Shown: positions 52,201 through 64,000 of the stretch, in pieces
Layout: each line of letters starts with the position of its first letter
How positions within the stretch are numbered: the stretch's first letter is position 1
Assembly: GCA_013265495.1 (NCBI GenBank)
Contig: MU058423.1
Coordinates: 9,471,627 to 9,535,626 of the forward strand
Length of the DNA stretch: 64,000 nucleotides
DNA from: Vicugna vicugna
Taxonomy: Eukaryota
Direction: 5' to 3'
Position numbers and translations under genes: made by a program
The notes under the pieces: model-generated
Told to the model about the DNA's origin: nothing
Databases searched by the model: none
Seen by the model: the letters and a program-made list of their open reading frames with translations, nothing else

Positions 52201-54355
52201 CCTCTCCCTTTTTAAATTGGTGAATCTGGCTAAAGATTTATCAATTTTGTTTATCTTCTCAAAGAACTAACTTTTAGTTTCATTGATCTCTTCTTCTTCT
52301 TCTTCTTTTTTTTTTTTTTAGCTTCTATTTCATTTATTTCTGCTCTGATCTTTGTGAGTTTTTTCCTTCTACTAACTTTGGGTTTTGTTTGTTCGTCTTT
52401 CTCTAGTTGCCTTAGGTGCAAGTTTAGGTTGTTTATTTGAGATTTTCTTGTTTCTTGAGGTAAACTTCCCTCTTAGAACTGCTTTTGCTGGGTCCCCTAG
52501 GTTTTTGATTGTTGTGTTTTCATTTTGATTTGTCTGTAGGTATTTTTGGATTTTTCTTAGATTTCTTTAGTGATCCATTGGTTGTTTAGTAGCATATTGC
52601 TTAGCACCCACATGTTTGTGTTTTTTGCAGTTTGCTTCTTGTAGTTGATTTCTAATCTCATAGTGTTGTGGTTGGAAATTACTTACTATGGTTTCAGTTT
52701 TCTTAAATTTACTCAGGCTTGCTTTGTGGCCTAGCCTGTGATCTGTGCAGGAGAATGTTCCTCGTGCACTTGAAAAGAATGTGTATTCTGCTGCTTTCAG
52801 ATGGAATGCTGTATAAATATTGATTAAGTCCATCTGGTCTATTGTCATTTAAGGCCTGTATTTTCTTGTTGATTTTCTATCTGAATGATCTGTCCATTGA
52901 TGTAAGTGGGGCGTTAAAGTCCCTCACTATTATTGTGTTACTGTCAGTTTCTCCTTTTATGTCTGTTAACATCTGCCTTATATATTGAAGTGCTCCTCTG
53001 TTAGGTGTATATATTATATATTTATAATTGTTATGTCTTCTTCTTGGATTGATTCCTTGATCATTATGTAGTGTCCTTCTTTGTCTTTTTTAATAGTTTT
53101 TATTTTAAAGTCTATTTTGCCTGAAATAAGTATTGCTACTCCATCTTTCATTTTGATTTCCATTTTCATGGAATACCTTTTTCCATCCCCTCGTTTTCAG
53201 CCTATATGTGTCTCTAGCTTTAAAGTGGGTCTTTTGTAGACAGCATGTATGCAGGTCTTGTTTTTGTATCCACTCAGCTGGTCTTTGTCTTTTGGTTGGA
53301 GCATTTAGTCTGTTTACACTTAAGGTAATTATTGATATGTATGTTCTTATTGTCATTGTGTTAACCATTTTGGATTTGTTTTTATAGGTCTTTTTTTTCT
53401 TTTTCGTCTTTTGTTCTCTTTCTTGTGATTTGATGAGTATCTTTAGTGCTATGTTTAGATTCCGTTTTCTTTTTTGTATGCATCTTTAGTATAGATTTTT
53501 GGTTTGCAGTTACCATGAGGTTTTGGTATAGCAGTCTCTCTCTCTCTCTCTCTAATTACATTTCTTGACCTTAGAGAAGTGGCCCTCTCTAGATGTCCTA
53601 TACATCCCAGCAGTGCACTCCCCACTCATCACACAAGGGCTAGGGGCCAGTTGGTTCCAGGGTAGGGTCTGTCCTGTGTTTGTGGATTCATTCCATCAGC
53701 TATGATATCATAGTCTTCTTGCTTCTGGTGTCTTCCCTCTGGTGGGTGAGGCTGATCTATCAGCTTGTGCAGGCTTCTTGGTGAGAGGGATCAGTGCCTG
53801 CCCACTGGTGAGTGGAGTTGGGTCTTGGCCCTATGGTGGGAGGACTATGTTTAGAGGTAGCTGTGGGCTCAGGGAGTCTTTAGGCAGTCTGTCTGCTGAT
53901 GAGAGAGGATATGTCCCCACCCAGTTAGCTGTTTGGCCTGAGGTGTCCTAGTACTGGTGGCTACAGGCTGTTAGATGGGGCCAGGTCTTGGTGCTAGTGA
54001 CCTAAGCAAGATGTTAGCCTCCAAATGAGTTCATGCAGATGAATACTCCCTGATATGTCTTCCACCAGTGTCTATGCCCCCAGGGTGAGCCACAACCACC
54101 CCCCACCTCCCTGGGAGACCTTCCAGAAGCAACAGGTAGGTCTGGTCCAGGCTGCTATGAAATTACTACTTTTGCCATTGGTCCCAGTGTGCATGAGATT
54201 TTGTGTGTGTCCTTTAAGAGTGAAGTTTCTATTTCCCCCAGTCCTGTGGAGCTCTGCTGGCCAATTAAGCCCTTGGCTTTTGAAGCTAAATACTCTGGGG
54301 GTTCCTCTTCTTGTGCTGAATCCCCAGGCTGGGGAGCCTGACACGGGGCTCAGAA
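49225..54355 (-). mobile_element. ~5.1-kb L1: partial 5' UTR, no ORF1, near-complete frameshifted ORF2, 3' UTR
   Basis: ORF track fragments: EN start (TYISIITLSVNRLNAPTKRQR...CCLQKTHF, 53105..53368), RT region (FTGEFYQT...[40 protein letters not shown]) and C-terminus ([15 protein letters not shown]...PYDPAIP). The 5' UTR at 53560-54355 is homologous to 13600-13880. Confidence 0.95.
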
Positions 54356-54359
54356 CATA

Positions 54360-54484
54360 TGCATACAATAAATAATCAGATGCACAGTAATCTGTGGCAT
54401 TAAAATTGTGTGTGAGACATTAGAAAAAAAATCTAAAAGGGATCCTTAAAGGGATGACAATGAAAAAAAATTGAAAAACACTGC
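54360..54484. mobile_element. hAT-Charlie-type terminal fragment
   Basis: Ends aatgaaaaaaaattgaaaaacactg, a typical Charlie/MER terminus. Confidence 0.45.
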
Positions 54485-55372
54485 TATAAATGGATTTCGG
54501 CAAAGTGACAAATTTTATGGAGCCCTCTGAAGAAAGTAACTTGCCTTACTTAAGTTCTAGTTCTGATCCATTTCATAGAGATAGAGTACTGATCTGAGGT
54601 ATGTCTAAGTAATTTGAGTAAAAATAATCCACAAATTCAAATTGTTAATGTAATTTTGCAAATTGTATATGAAGTAAATTCTACAAAAGTTGTTTTTTTT
54701 CCTGACTCATGGAAAGAATGACTTCCAAAGCAATTTTTTTCCTTCCCTTTGATTTTGGTGGCTTGGCATTATAAGGCACATGGATTGCAGGATGCTTTTA
54801 AAATCCATTACAGTCATTAAATAATGAATACTCTCTTCACCAATCTCTCCAATTCCATTAAGTGTGACATCATCACTTTTTAAACCCAAAGACATAGACC
54901 TGCTTTTTTAAAAAATTGCTGAACAGTTTAACAGTAGAGTTAGGATTGAAGCATAGGAGATGCTCTCAGTTTATTTTAATCATTTTATTAGCAAATATTT
55001 ATGGAAACACCAAAGGTATAATTATTGTAGGTGCCAGCCCATGGGACAAAAGATTTAGAAGATTGAAGATACCTTTACTAGTGTAATAGAGAGTTGGAGA
55101 AACAGTAAATAAAATCATGAGAATTTGTGTTAGAATGAATTCATGTAGTAATCTGATATCTTTGACAAAAAACAAAACAAAACAAAAAAACCATTAGTGT
55201 TTTTGAGAATGTGTTCCTCTTTGGGACAGTAATACTGTATTCCAGACTTGACAAAACTAGTTACATAGAAATAAGCAGGAAACATGATAAAGACAATTTT
55301 GTTTACCTTGGAAAATAGAATCTACTGAAACACAGTAGAAAAAAATAGGATCAATAATGGTTGCAATAGGAA

Positions 55373-55725
55373 TGTGTCATAGATTACTGTTGATCAATAT
55401 CCATATCCTCACCCTCCTGAAGACTGTCTCGGACACGTGACTTCCTTTAGTTTATGAAGGTGAGTGGAAGTAATGTGTGTCACAGCCAGGCAGAAGCTTT
55501 GAGAGCAGGTTCATGCTTTGCCACAATCTATTTCTCTACTGTGATGCCAGTGATGTTCCAGATGGAGGTTACTCCTTCAGGCTAAGTCCCAGGATGAGAA
55601 GCAGTGCAGAGCTGCAGTGAATCTGCCATGCTGTGAGCCATGAGTGAGAAATGACTTCTGCTCTTGCAAGCTAATGCAATCTTGTTTGTTACTAAGCGTA
55701 GCCTTGCCTTGTCTGACTGCTGCTG
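55373..55725 (+). mobile_element. MaLR solo LTR (MLT1I/J-like)
   Basis: cacgtgacttcc...gagtggaagtaatgtgtgtcac...gttccagatggagg...catgagtgagaaat...tttgttactaagcgtagcctt. Confidence 0.75.
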
Positions 55726-56289
55726 AAAGCTAGGCTGGCAAGACATCAATGAGTAAATGCAATTCTGATGGGGCTGATAAATGAGAACTGTGGACAATCC
55801 ATTCAGAGAAAACCAGCTGGCTAGAACTCAATAGGAGAGGCAATGATTATAATCCAACAATCCTTCAGTAGCTAAGACAGTGTACTCACCATGGGTTATA
55901 TTTTTGTGCATTTATCTATTTCAGTTAGCAGAGAGAGAAACAAATTAATCATCTGAAGAGGAAAATAAGTAATGAATAATTGTTGCCTATTACTTATTAT
56001 TTTTCAACCATGCAATGCAATTTGTATTAATTTGCCTCCCTCAGAAAGTGGATAGTTTCAGAGAAAAAGGAATCGAACATGATTGTTTGCCTGTGACTTC
56101 AAGGTAGGGCTTTTCTATCATTCACTCATATATCTCCCAGTCTTATAACTTACTACTCCCATTGCTGCACATACATTATATTGCTTTTTGCCTTTTACCT
56201 TTTTTCATTCGAGTGTGACTGCTGTCACTACATGGGCACTTCTTTGATGCTATTGATTTATGTAAGAGGAAGGATGACCCAAGTGAAAT

Positions 56290-56920
56290 GATGATGGTTA
56301 ATCACTAACATTTTTAAGGCATTTGTGGTTATCAGACACTCTTGTAAGGGTTTCCCCTGGATTATATCATTTAAATCCTCACAACAACCCTATGACATAG
56401 GGACATTATTAGCTCAGTTTATCAGTATAGGAAACTGAAGTATGGAGAAGTTAGAGTTGTACAGTCTTACAGTGAGTGGAAGAACCTGGATTTAAGAACC
56501 TAGAAAGTTGGAATTGGGATCCATGAAGTCATTTTCCATCCTTGTGTCTGCCACTAATGCCTGGTATAATTTGAGCAATTTCATATTTCTGGGCTACAGT
56601 ATTTCATGTTTCCATAAGAAGAGTTGACTAAGGAAGTCTCCCAGCTGTGAAGCGCTATAAATTTATGGACCGTTAATGACTATATTTAAATCATCCAATG
56701 TATTATGAGAAAGAGCTGTGACCTACTAGAAAGACTACTAGTTTTGCTGTGACCAAACCTATGTGATTTCTGGCAAGTCTCTTAACTTTACTGAACCTGT
56801 TTTTTCTCATGTTAATCGTCAGTAATGTCTATCTCAAAAATTTGTTGTCAAGTCTAAATGAGCTAATATATGTTGGGGTCTTTTGCTAGTATTAAGGAAC
56901 AATGTAAATAAGTTACCACT
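56290..56920. mobile_element. Cluster of MIR SINEs (one minus, then two plus)
   Basis: tcatttaaatcctcacaacaaccctatga...ggaaactgaag (minus); gtctgccactaa...ttgagcaattt and tgtgatttctggcaagtctcttaac (plus). Confidence 0.65.
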
Positions 56921-56934
56921 GTGTAAAGTGATTC

Positions 56935-57575
56935 TTTCATTAACCCATGCATTCATCTGCCCATCCATTCATCCATTAAATACTAAGTGCCATTAGCAAA
57001 GATGAAAAGTAGGGTTTTCTTCCCATAAGGAGCTCGTAGTCCAAGTAGGAGACAGAAGCACAAGGGAATTACCGCACAATGTGATGAATGCTCAAGGGAG
57101 GCAGGCTGGAACACAATGAGTTAACATGAAACACTTAAGGTGGCCTGAAGCACTCAGGGAAGCTCCACAGAGGAGGCAGTATTTAAAATAAGACCCAAAC
57201 ATGTAAGTCATTTAAGTGTATGTTGATGTGGATGAGGGTAGGTGAGGGATATTCCAGGAGAGGAAACAGAATATGCAAAGACATGGACCCATGAGAAAGC
57301 AAGGCTGATTCAAGGATTTACAACTAGTTCGTTAAGTCTGGAATGCAAACTTGAAGGTGGTGAGGGCAGGAAAGGGCAAACAGGTATGTGGACCTATATC
57401 ATCAAGTGTCTTGTACACTGAATTAGGGAGGTTACATTTTATCCCATAGAGGGTAGGAATCCACAGAAGGATTTTAAGGGGAGGGGTGTGACTGGTTTCA
57501 CACATTAAAAATACCCATCAAGAGTACAGTGGAGAATGGAGTGGAAGGGACAGGACGAGAGGCAAAATTGATGGC
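56935..57575 (-). mobile_element. L2 3' region
   Basis: cattcatccatt...aggagctcgtagtccaagtaggagacag...attccaggagaggaaacag...gaaggattttaag. Confidence 0.75.
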
Positions 57576-58239
57576 AGTGGAGTAGCCTCTTCCAGTCACT
57601 CTGTGAGGCCTCCAGCAGTGACTTGGCCACAGATAGTCCTGAGATTGCAACCACAACAATCCTGGAGTCTGAGTGGAGAATCAAAGTGAAAGAGAAAGGG
57701 ACGGTAGGGACAAGAGTCCATCAGTTATGCTGGCAAGGCTCACTCAGAGACAGCTAAAGTCGTGTTGTTACTGGGAGTCCACCCATACACGCTCTAGAGC
57801 ATCCAGTGTTCTGCTCTAAGCTGGTCCTGGGAAAGCACTGGTGACGACAGGAATATTTATTATAGGTGGGTGTATAAACTTGATCTCACTTTGATCATTA
57901 CATTGTTTGGTTTCCCTTTTACATCAATCTCCAGCAGAACTGACCTCAAACTATAAAAAATTGCCAGGTTTGTGTTTTTCCTTTGTTCTATTCTTTGTTT
58001 TCTGATAGAAACATTGGGAAAGCCAGAAGCCTAGATGATCCAGGAGTTCTTTAATTAATTCCTAATTCTCCCCTTCCATCGACTATATAATAAATAAAAC
58101 AGATACCCAAGGAAATAATATTTATATATCTTCCCATATGTATAAGTACATATGTAGACATCTTTCTACATGTATAAGTTAAAATGAATACTTATTCTCA
58201 ACATTTATATCAATAAATACAGAATATTATAGAATATCA

Positions 58240-58470
58240 TAGCAGTGCCGCCTCTGGAACCAGGCTGTTTGGTGTCAAATCCTGGTTTATCTTTTTGCTG
58301 GCTGTGTGACCTTGGACAAGTTAGTTAAATTCTATCTCCCTCAGTTTCTTCAAGAAAATGATAGTTCCTACCAGTTCAAAGTGTTTTGAAGATTTCCATG
58401 GATATAAAGGGCTTAGAACAAGGTCTGGGCCACAGTCAGAGCCTTATCAATGTTAAAATTACTATTTTAT
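58240..58470 (+). mobile_element. MIR SINE
   Basis: ctctggaaccaggctg...tcaaatcctgg...gctgtgtgaccttggacaagttagttaa...cctcagtttc. Confidence 0.8.
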
Positions 58471-59139
58471 TAACCGTGATTAATATCCACACTGCTGAAG
58501 AGGCAAGTTTGCCTTCCCAGGGATATTTCTGAAGGCAGAAGTGTGGAATTTAAAGGTATGGCAAGAAAGAAGCTTGACCTTCCTCAGCACAGAGTCAAGT
58601 AGAGTCAGAGGACAGGGAAACAAGGGAAGCTCAGAACTGAGAGGTAAATTGAACTTCTTTTAGAGTCACCTTTTAAATTATAGCCTCTGCATCTCACACA
58701 TGAGCAAGCCATTCTTCCCTAGCAGAACCCACGCTGGCGTTGTGCTGTCTCCTGTGCCTGTCTTCTCTCTGACGTCGGTAGCCCTGAGCCTGACCCCCTC
58801 TGACTTACAGTACAGACCTTCTTCTTTCCAAGTGTCAGAATTTCTGGGCGTTCACCACTGGCTACGTGCTACAGCATAGGAGGTATCCAAATGGCCTATA
58901 AATAGAGCTGTGTCTGGGTTGGTGCCAACTCCTCCTGCATCAGAAATACTTAAAAGTCTCCTGCTAATAATTTCAAACTGGTTTCCTAGCAAAACAGCCA
59001 TAGTCAGTATCATCACACTAGATTGCTAAGTCTTTGAATATAAGGGACTTGTTTTTATTAAATGAGTGAATTGATAGATAGATGCAGTAGGGATTCCCCC
59101 TACTTAGTTCACAAAGTATAAAAAAGGAAAACAGTGGAA

Positions 59140-60170
59140 GAACCTGGTTGGTAAATTTGGTTTAAAAAACTTAAAAACTCACAATGTAAAAAATCATAAG
59201 CAATATTAAAATGTAGACCAAGTTGGAAAATTTCATGAGTTGGGACAACTGAGAAATTGATTTTCTCAAAGTATAAATAATGCTTACCTACCAATAAAGA
59301 AAATACTGAAAATGGGGCAAGGATGAGAAGAGATAATTCATGGCAGAAATAATTAAAATCGATAAACATGACAAATTTACAAATTTCATTAGTCATCATG
59401 AAACAAAATAAAGAGTTGTTCTTTTTTTGCCTATGATATTGGTAATAATTAAAATAGGTGATAATGACAAGGCTACTACAAAACTGATTTTTTTTTTACA
59501 TTATCTAAATAGTACCATACATTAGGACCAGACTCTGACAATAAGTTAAGGAAAGCCTTAGAAAAGTCCATACCCTTTGATCCAGTGATTTCAGTTCTCG
59601 AAATATCCTCTATGGCATTAGAGATTCATAGAAAGGTTTTTGCACAGAATATTTACCAAAATCTTATTTATAATAGCAAATAAACCCAGTAACATCAACA
59701 ACAAAAAACAACAAAACAAAATGAAAATCAAACAAATAAAAACTGGAAACAAGTATTCCTAATGAGTTAAAAATAGGGAATGAGGAAGTAAACTATCGTT
59801 TACTCATATAGCGGAATTATTAACCACCCCATGTTTTCAAATGCAGCCATTATTAACCATGTTTGGAAATAATTTTTAATAACATGAAAGTGCACATATG
59901 TATATACCATAATTTATTATATGTCATATATGACCTGTTATATTAAGTTGTTATTAACCCTGTTTTGGAAGAACTTTTATTAACCTAGGGGTACATATAT
60001 ACATATATTGTAATAGATGCATGTATCATGATACATAACTGCATCATAATAAAATGCCTGTATTTTTAAACGTATATGCATATGTACACACAGATACATA
60101 TACACATATTCTAGGAAAAGACTGGAAGAAAATACACAAAATCTTAACAGTTATTATTGCTGGCTGACAG
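59140..60170 (+). mobile_element. Old L1 (L1ME-like) ORF2 tail and 3' UTR
   Basis: ataccctttgatccagtgatttcagttct...ttatttataatagcaaa...aggaaaagactggaagaaaatacacaaaat. Confidence 0.65.
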
Positions 60171-62119
60171 GGGAGAAAAGGCTACAAGAAGCTGTGCAAT
60201 TAGCATGAGCAGTTCTGCCACAGAAATGTGACTTACGCAGCATTTTTGCATCTTTTTCAAGCTGAGTCTCACTACAGTACTGTGGGTAAGTGCCGGCAGG
60301 TGTTATTTCCCTCCCCCGCTTTTTAAATAGACAGTGGTGCTGAGGCTGAAGAGAGGTGCTTGCATCTAGTCAGGATCACAAGGCAGCTAACGTAAGGCAG
60401 AGCTGAAGTGTGAACACGGCTCACTTGATGCCATGTCTGGAGCTACTTTCACTGAACTTGGGTGCCTGTAAGATCACGTGGCTAGAATATCTACAGCTAT
60501 AGGGAGGCCAGGAGACGGTGGGAACTTACAGGTAGAATTCTGGAAAGTTTCATAGGCATTCATATGAAAGAGGAAAAGGCAACTGAAATTCTAGGTAGTA
60601 GTTGTATGCAGATGAAAGGTTCTGCAGGCTGAGAGAAAATTATTTATTATTCAAAACATCTGAGCACACTGGCTAAGTTGAAGAGCGTTTTCATGAGTCA
60701 TCCCTGAGAACTTTGAAGGAAAGTTAGTGGGTATTATCTCAGTCTCTACAAAGGGAAACAAACTTGTAAATAAGGAAGAATACTCTTTCGGCTCACGCAC
60801 ACCGAAACAGCAGGGGAGGGTGAGGTCCACCTCCTGCTCCTGACGCCTGCGTCCTGTGCTGGCCTCGTGTTCCTAACATCCCAAACGGTGTGTTACTGAG
60901 GAAGTGCTCGGGCTTGTTTCCAACTGAGTAAGCATGCGCACTGCTCACTGAAATGCCTGCCTCTCTACTTTACTTCTTTTTATGTCCTACTTTGTGTTTC
61001 CAAATAATAATTCTCAGCCAAGAGTTTTGGAATTAGAAAAAAATGAGCTTTGGAGTGATTTCATCAGGAAACCACAGCAGGCTTTTTTTTTTTTCCACTC
61101 CTCATTCATTTGAAAAACCTATACTATAATTGGTGCAGGAAGTCCCCGTGGGGCCAATATCTCCTGGGTGCCAATTATTTTTATCTCTCGGTATCAGGTT
61201 TTATTTCATTTCATCAATAAAGTACTCATTTATGTAATTTGGTCTTTCCTCTTAAGACATTATCTACTTCATTCAAGCTCTAAAAGGTTTCCTTCCATTT
61301 TCTAAGTTTGGCTAGAGTGCTTTTCCTTCTGAATTTTCTAAACATTTTTCTTAATCCACCAAATCACTTTGCATAGACAGACCTACTGTTTATTATTCTT
61401 GAAATGTAAAATACATTGTTAGTTTATTTTATGCTTGATTCTACTTTTGTGCTGTGGCATGTTGAGAAAAAATCTGTACAAAGAAGACAACAGTAGCTAT
61501 TCAGAGCTGATTGGCAAATACTAAGACTCATGCATATTTAGAACACTATCTAACATCAATATTTTCCAGCAAACATTCTATATATTGCAAGAAAGGAATG
61601 CTTTGTTAAACTTTGATGGCTTTTATCAACTTTAAAATCATAATCTAATGCCCCAGAAGTAGGTGTGTTCATTTCTGACTACAACTTTGTGACCCTCTCA
61701 GACTCAGGTCTTGTCATTTAATCTCCTGCATTTGGACTCTTCAGATGGGAATAATTTATTGGCGGGGTTAGACTACTGTACATAAAATATGCTTGGTGAT
61801 AAATGGGTAACAAGAGCATATACTCATGCTACAAAGTAAGATGAGTTTTTGTGTGTGTCTATAGCATATAGGTGCATTAGTTTAGGCATTTTGAATAGTT
61901 CTGTGGCTTTAATAGGCTTATCATATACTAGGGAAGGAAATTAAACATACTCATCTAAAATTAAATAGCAACAATATAAAACAAACAGTAAGGAAGACAA
62001 TATAAAGCGTGCCCAACGTGTTCTGGAGAAGAGCTTGGTTTAGATCAGGAGAAATCGCTATCATATGGAGTCATCAAGAAAGTTTCCATGGAAAGTTGGT
62101 CAGAGTGACCGGGCAACAC

Positions 62120-62340
62120 AGCGAGTAGCAGCATCAGCTTTAGATCAAGAAAGGCCTGGGTTTGAATTCTGGCCTTGCGGTGCTGAGCGAGTTATGGTAC
62201 CTCTCTGAGCTTTGGTTGTCTTCTGTTAAACTGGCCTAGCAAAACTTACGTTGCAGATGTGTTGGCAACACAACACAATGAAATAATGCATGTAAAGCAT
62301 TCAGCTTTGATCCTGGTACATAGGAAATGGTGAACATTAC
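62120..62340 (+). mobile_element. MIR SINE
   Basis: aggcctgggtttgaattctggcc...acctctctgagctttgg...aatgaaataatgcatgtaaagc...cctggtacatagg. Confidence 0.8.
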
Positions 62341-63462
62341 ACTGGAGCTTGAATGTACCAGGTGGTTATTTCCGTGGTGGGAGCTGGCATTGATGGAACA
62401 GAAGAGAAAGGGCGGAAAAATAAAAGCAGAATAATAAAGGCAGAAGGTCTTGCTGGTGGAGCAAAGGCATGAATAAGGGTGAGAAGGCCTAAATATGCAG
62501 AACTGTGTAAGGAGGATGTAAGTGGACCACACTGAAGATTTTTGGGGGCTGAAGATGTTATGCTGTTTGTCTCGAACAAAGGCAATTTGCTTTAGATTAC
62601 AAACCACTTGACCTTAGCAGGTGGCTTGGCGTCTTCCTTTAGGATGCTGAGATGCTGCCTTTTGGCAAGGTAAACATCCTATATTTATTAGTTTCTTGCT
62701 ACACAGCACCTTGGGGTGTCTTACACATGACATAGTTCTTATATAACACACCTGTGAGACAGGAAGAGCTGTGGATAAAAGTGCCTGACGTGGACCGAGT
62801 GGCTCACAGCGCGGGAGTGTGGGCCTGGCTCCAGGTTGTCTTCTTCCCAGAGCCTCCCTGCAAAAGCCCACGTGGCCAGTCGTGGCGTTTCTCATCACAC
62901 ACCTGCTCTGGGGGAGAGAGAAAGGATGAGAACTGAGCACTGTCGGAACTTAAGCAAGAGGCCTCGAAGTCTTCTGCAAATGACTGTTTGCTTTACATAC
63001 ATGGACTGTGAATCTGTAGTTATAAAAACATTTGTACATAATTTTCTCAATAGCAGGTGTCAAGAAGCAGGTGTTTCCTTGCGTTGGCAGAAAGAGCTCA
63101 TCTGACTTCTATACTGTTTATTTTTATAAAATCTTTCATGTCAGACTTGTGCTTTTCTTTGGATAGATAATAGCTGTTTCTCCTTTTCCTCTGATGAATG
63201 GCTAGGTGAGCAGAGATGGCAAACATCCTATGAAACAATATAAGCTTTGGAGGAAATTTGCATCCGCCAAAGTCACAAAGCTAAAGCCAAAACTCATCTC
63301 ACTGGATTTTCCTCCTTGTTTTGTGAGCGGTGAAAGAAGACTGACTAAAGGAAATTTTTTCATGGAAGATTACAGAGTTGAAGACCTTGGACTGGAAGGT
63401 GCTCAGAGATCATCTAATTGATGTTTTTACAGAAGAGAGTTGAAGCCAAGAGAATTTAACTC

Positions 63463-63637
63463 TGTGATCCCCAACCTTGGCTGCTGTTGGAATCACCTGT
63501 AGAGATCTAGGAACCACTGCTTTCTGGGGCCCCGTTTCTGGATTCTCTCGTGTAATTGGTTTGGGATGTGGTTAGGACACTTAGAGATTTAAAATCTCTC
63601 CAGGCAGCTCTGTGTAGCCCCAAATTGAAAACCACTG
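63463..63637. mobile_element. MER5-like hAT-Charlie MITE
   Basis: gtgatccccaaccttggctgc...ggaatcacctg...taattggtttggga...ttgaaaaccactg. Confidence 0.75.
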
Positions 63638-64000
63638 TGTTGTGAGAGATCCCACTCACACAGATATGCTCTTAATAAGCTAGGTCAATATGAACACCCA
63701 GGTTTGTCCGTAGGAGCTCAGACTGCTCAATCTGAAGCATTTTCCTCGAGCCTCCACACTGCTTTCAGCATATTCCTTCGTTCATCTTCCTCTTTGCATT
63801 CCTTTCACTGCCCATGGCGTATGCTCACTGTCTCTAAACTAGCAAAACAAGTTACTAGAAAATGCACCAGTAAAGGCACCCCGAGTGTCGCCAACTAAAA
63901 TCTGTAATACCTCTTCTAGATGCAGCTGCATTTTACCCAAAAACAAAGTCCCGATGGAAAAAGCCTTCTCACTAACCATGAAATAATAACCCACTGGAGA

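Noticed and set aside
59815..60010. Degenerate ~100-bp direct repeat (ttattaacc...tgttt(t)ggaa...acatat)
   Set aside because: A local duplication within an old L1 3' UTR; no spacer-repeat or other functional architecture.

Overview
Mammalian, repeat-rich genomic DNA, almost certainly camelid because it holds two Vic-1-type tRNA-derived SINEs. I find no recognisable host protein-coding exon, RNA gene or CRISPR. The recognisable ORFs in the track are decayed L1 ORF1/ORF2, a MaLR gag-like ORF and a Tigger transposase N-terminus. The window starts at a GC/CpG-rich edge and looks like a long intron of a + strand gene (inferred from the antisense bias of younger L1s and from + strand splice motifs). 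The three most interesting structures are: (1) a minus-strand provirus at 3802-7941 with an MLT1 (MaLR) 3' LTR and MaLR internal region but a heterologous ERVL MLT2-type 5' LTR joined exactly at the PBS, all inside a 4/5-matching 5-bp TSD; (2) that ERVL LTR and an independent copy at 20997-21621 both carry a decayed ~190-bp fragment resembling APOA4 coding sequence, antisense to the LTR; (3) a TSD-flanked 1.8-kb L1 made only of a 5' UTR and a 3' end. Repeat family names and the APOA4 match come from recalled consensus sequences, not a database search, and many repeat boundaries are approximate.
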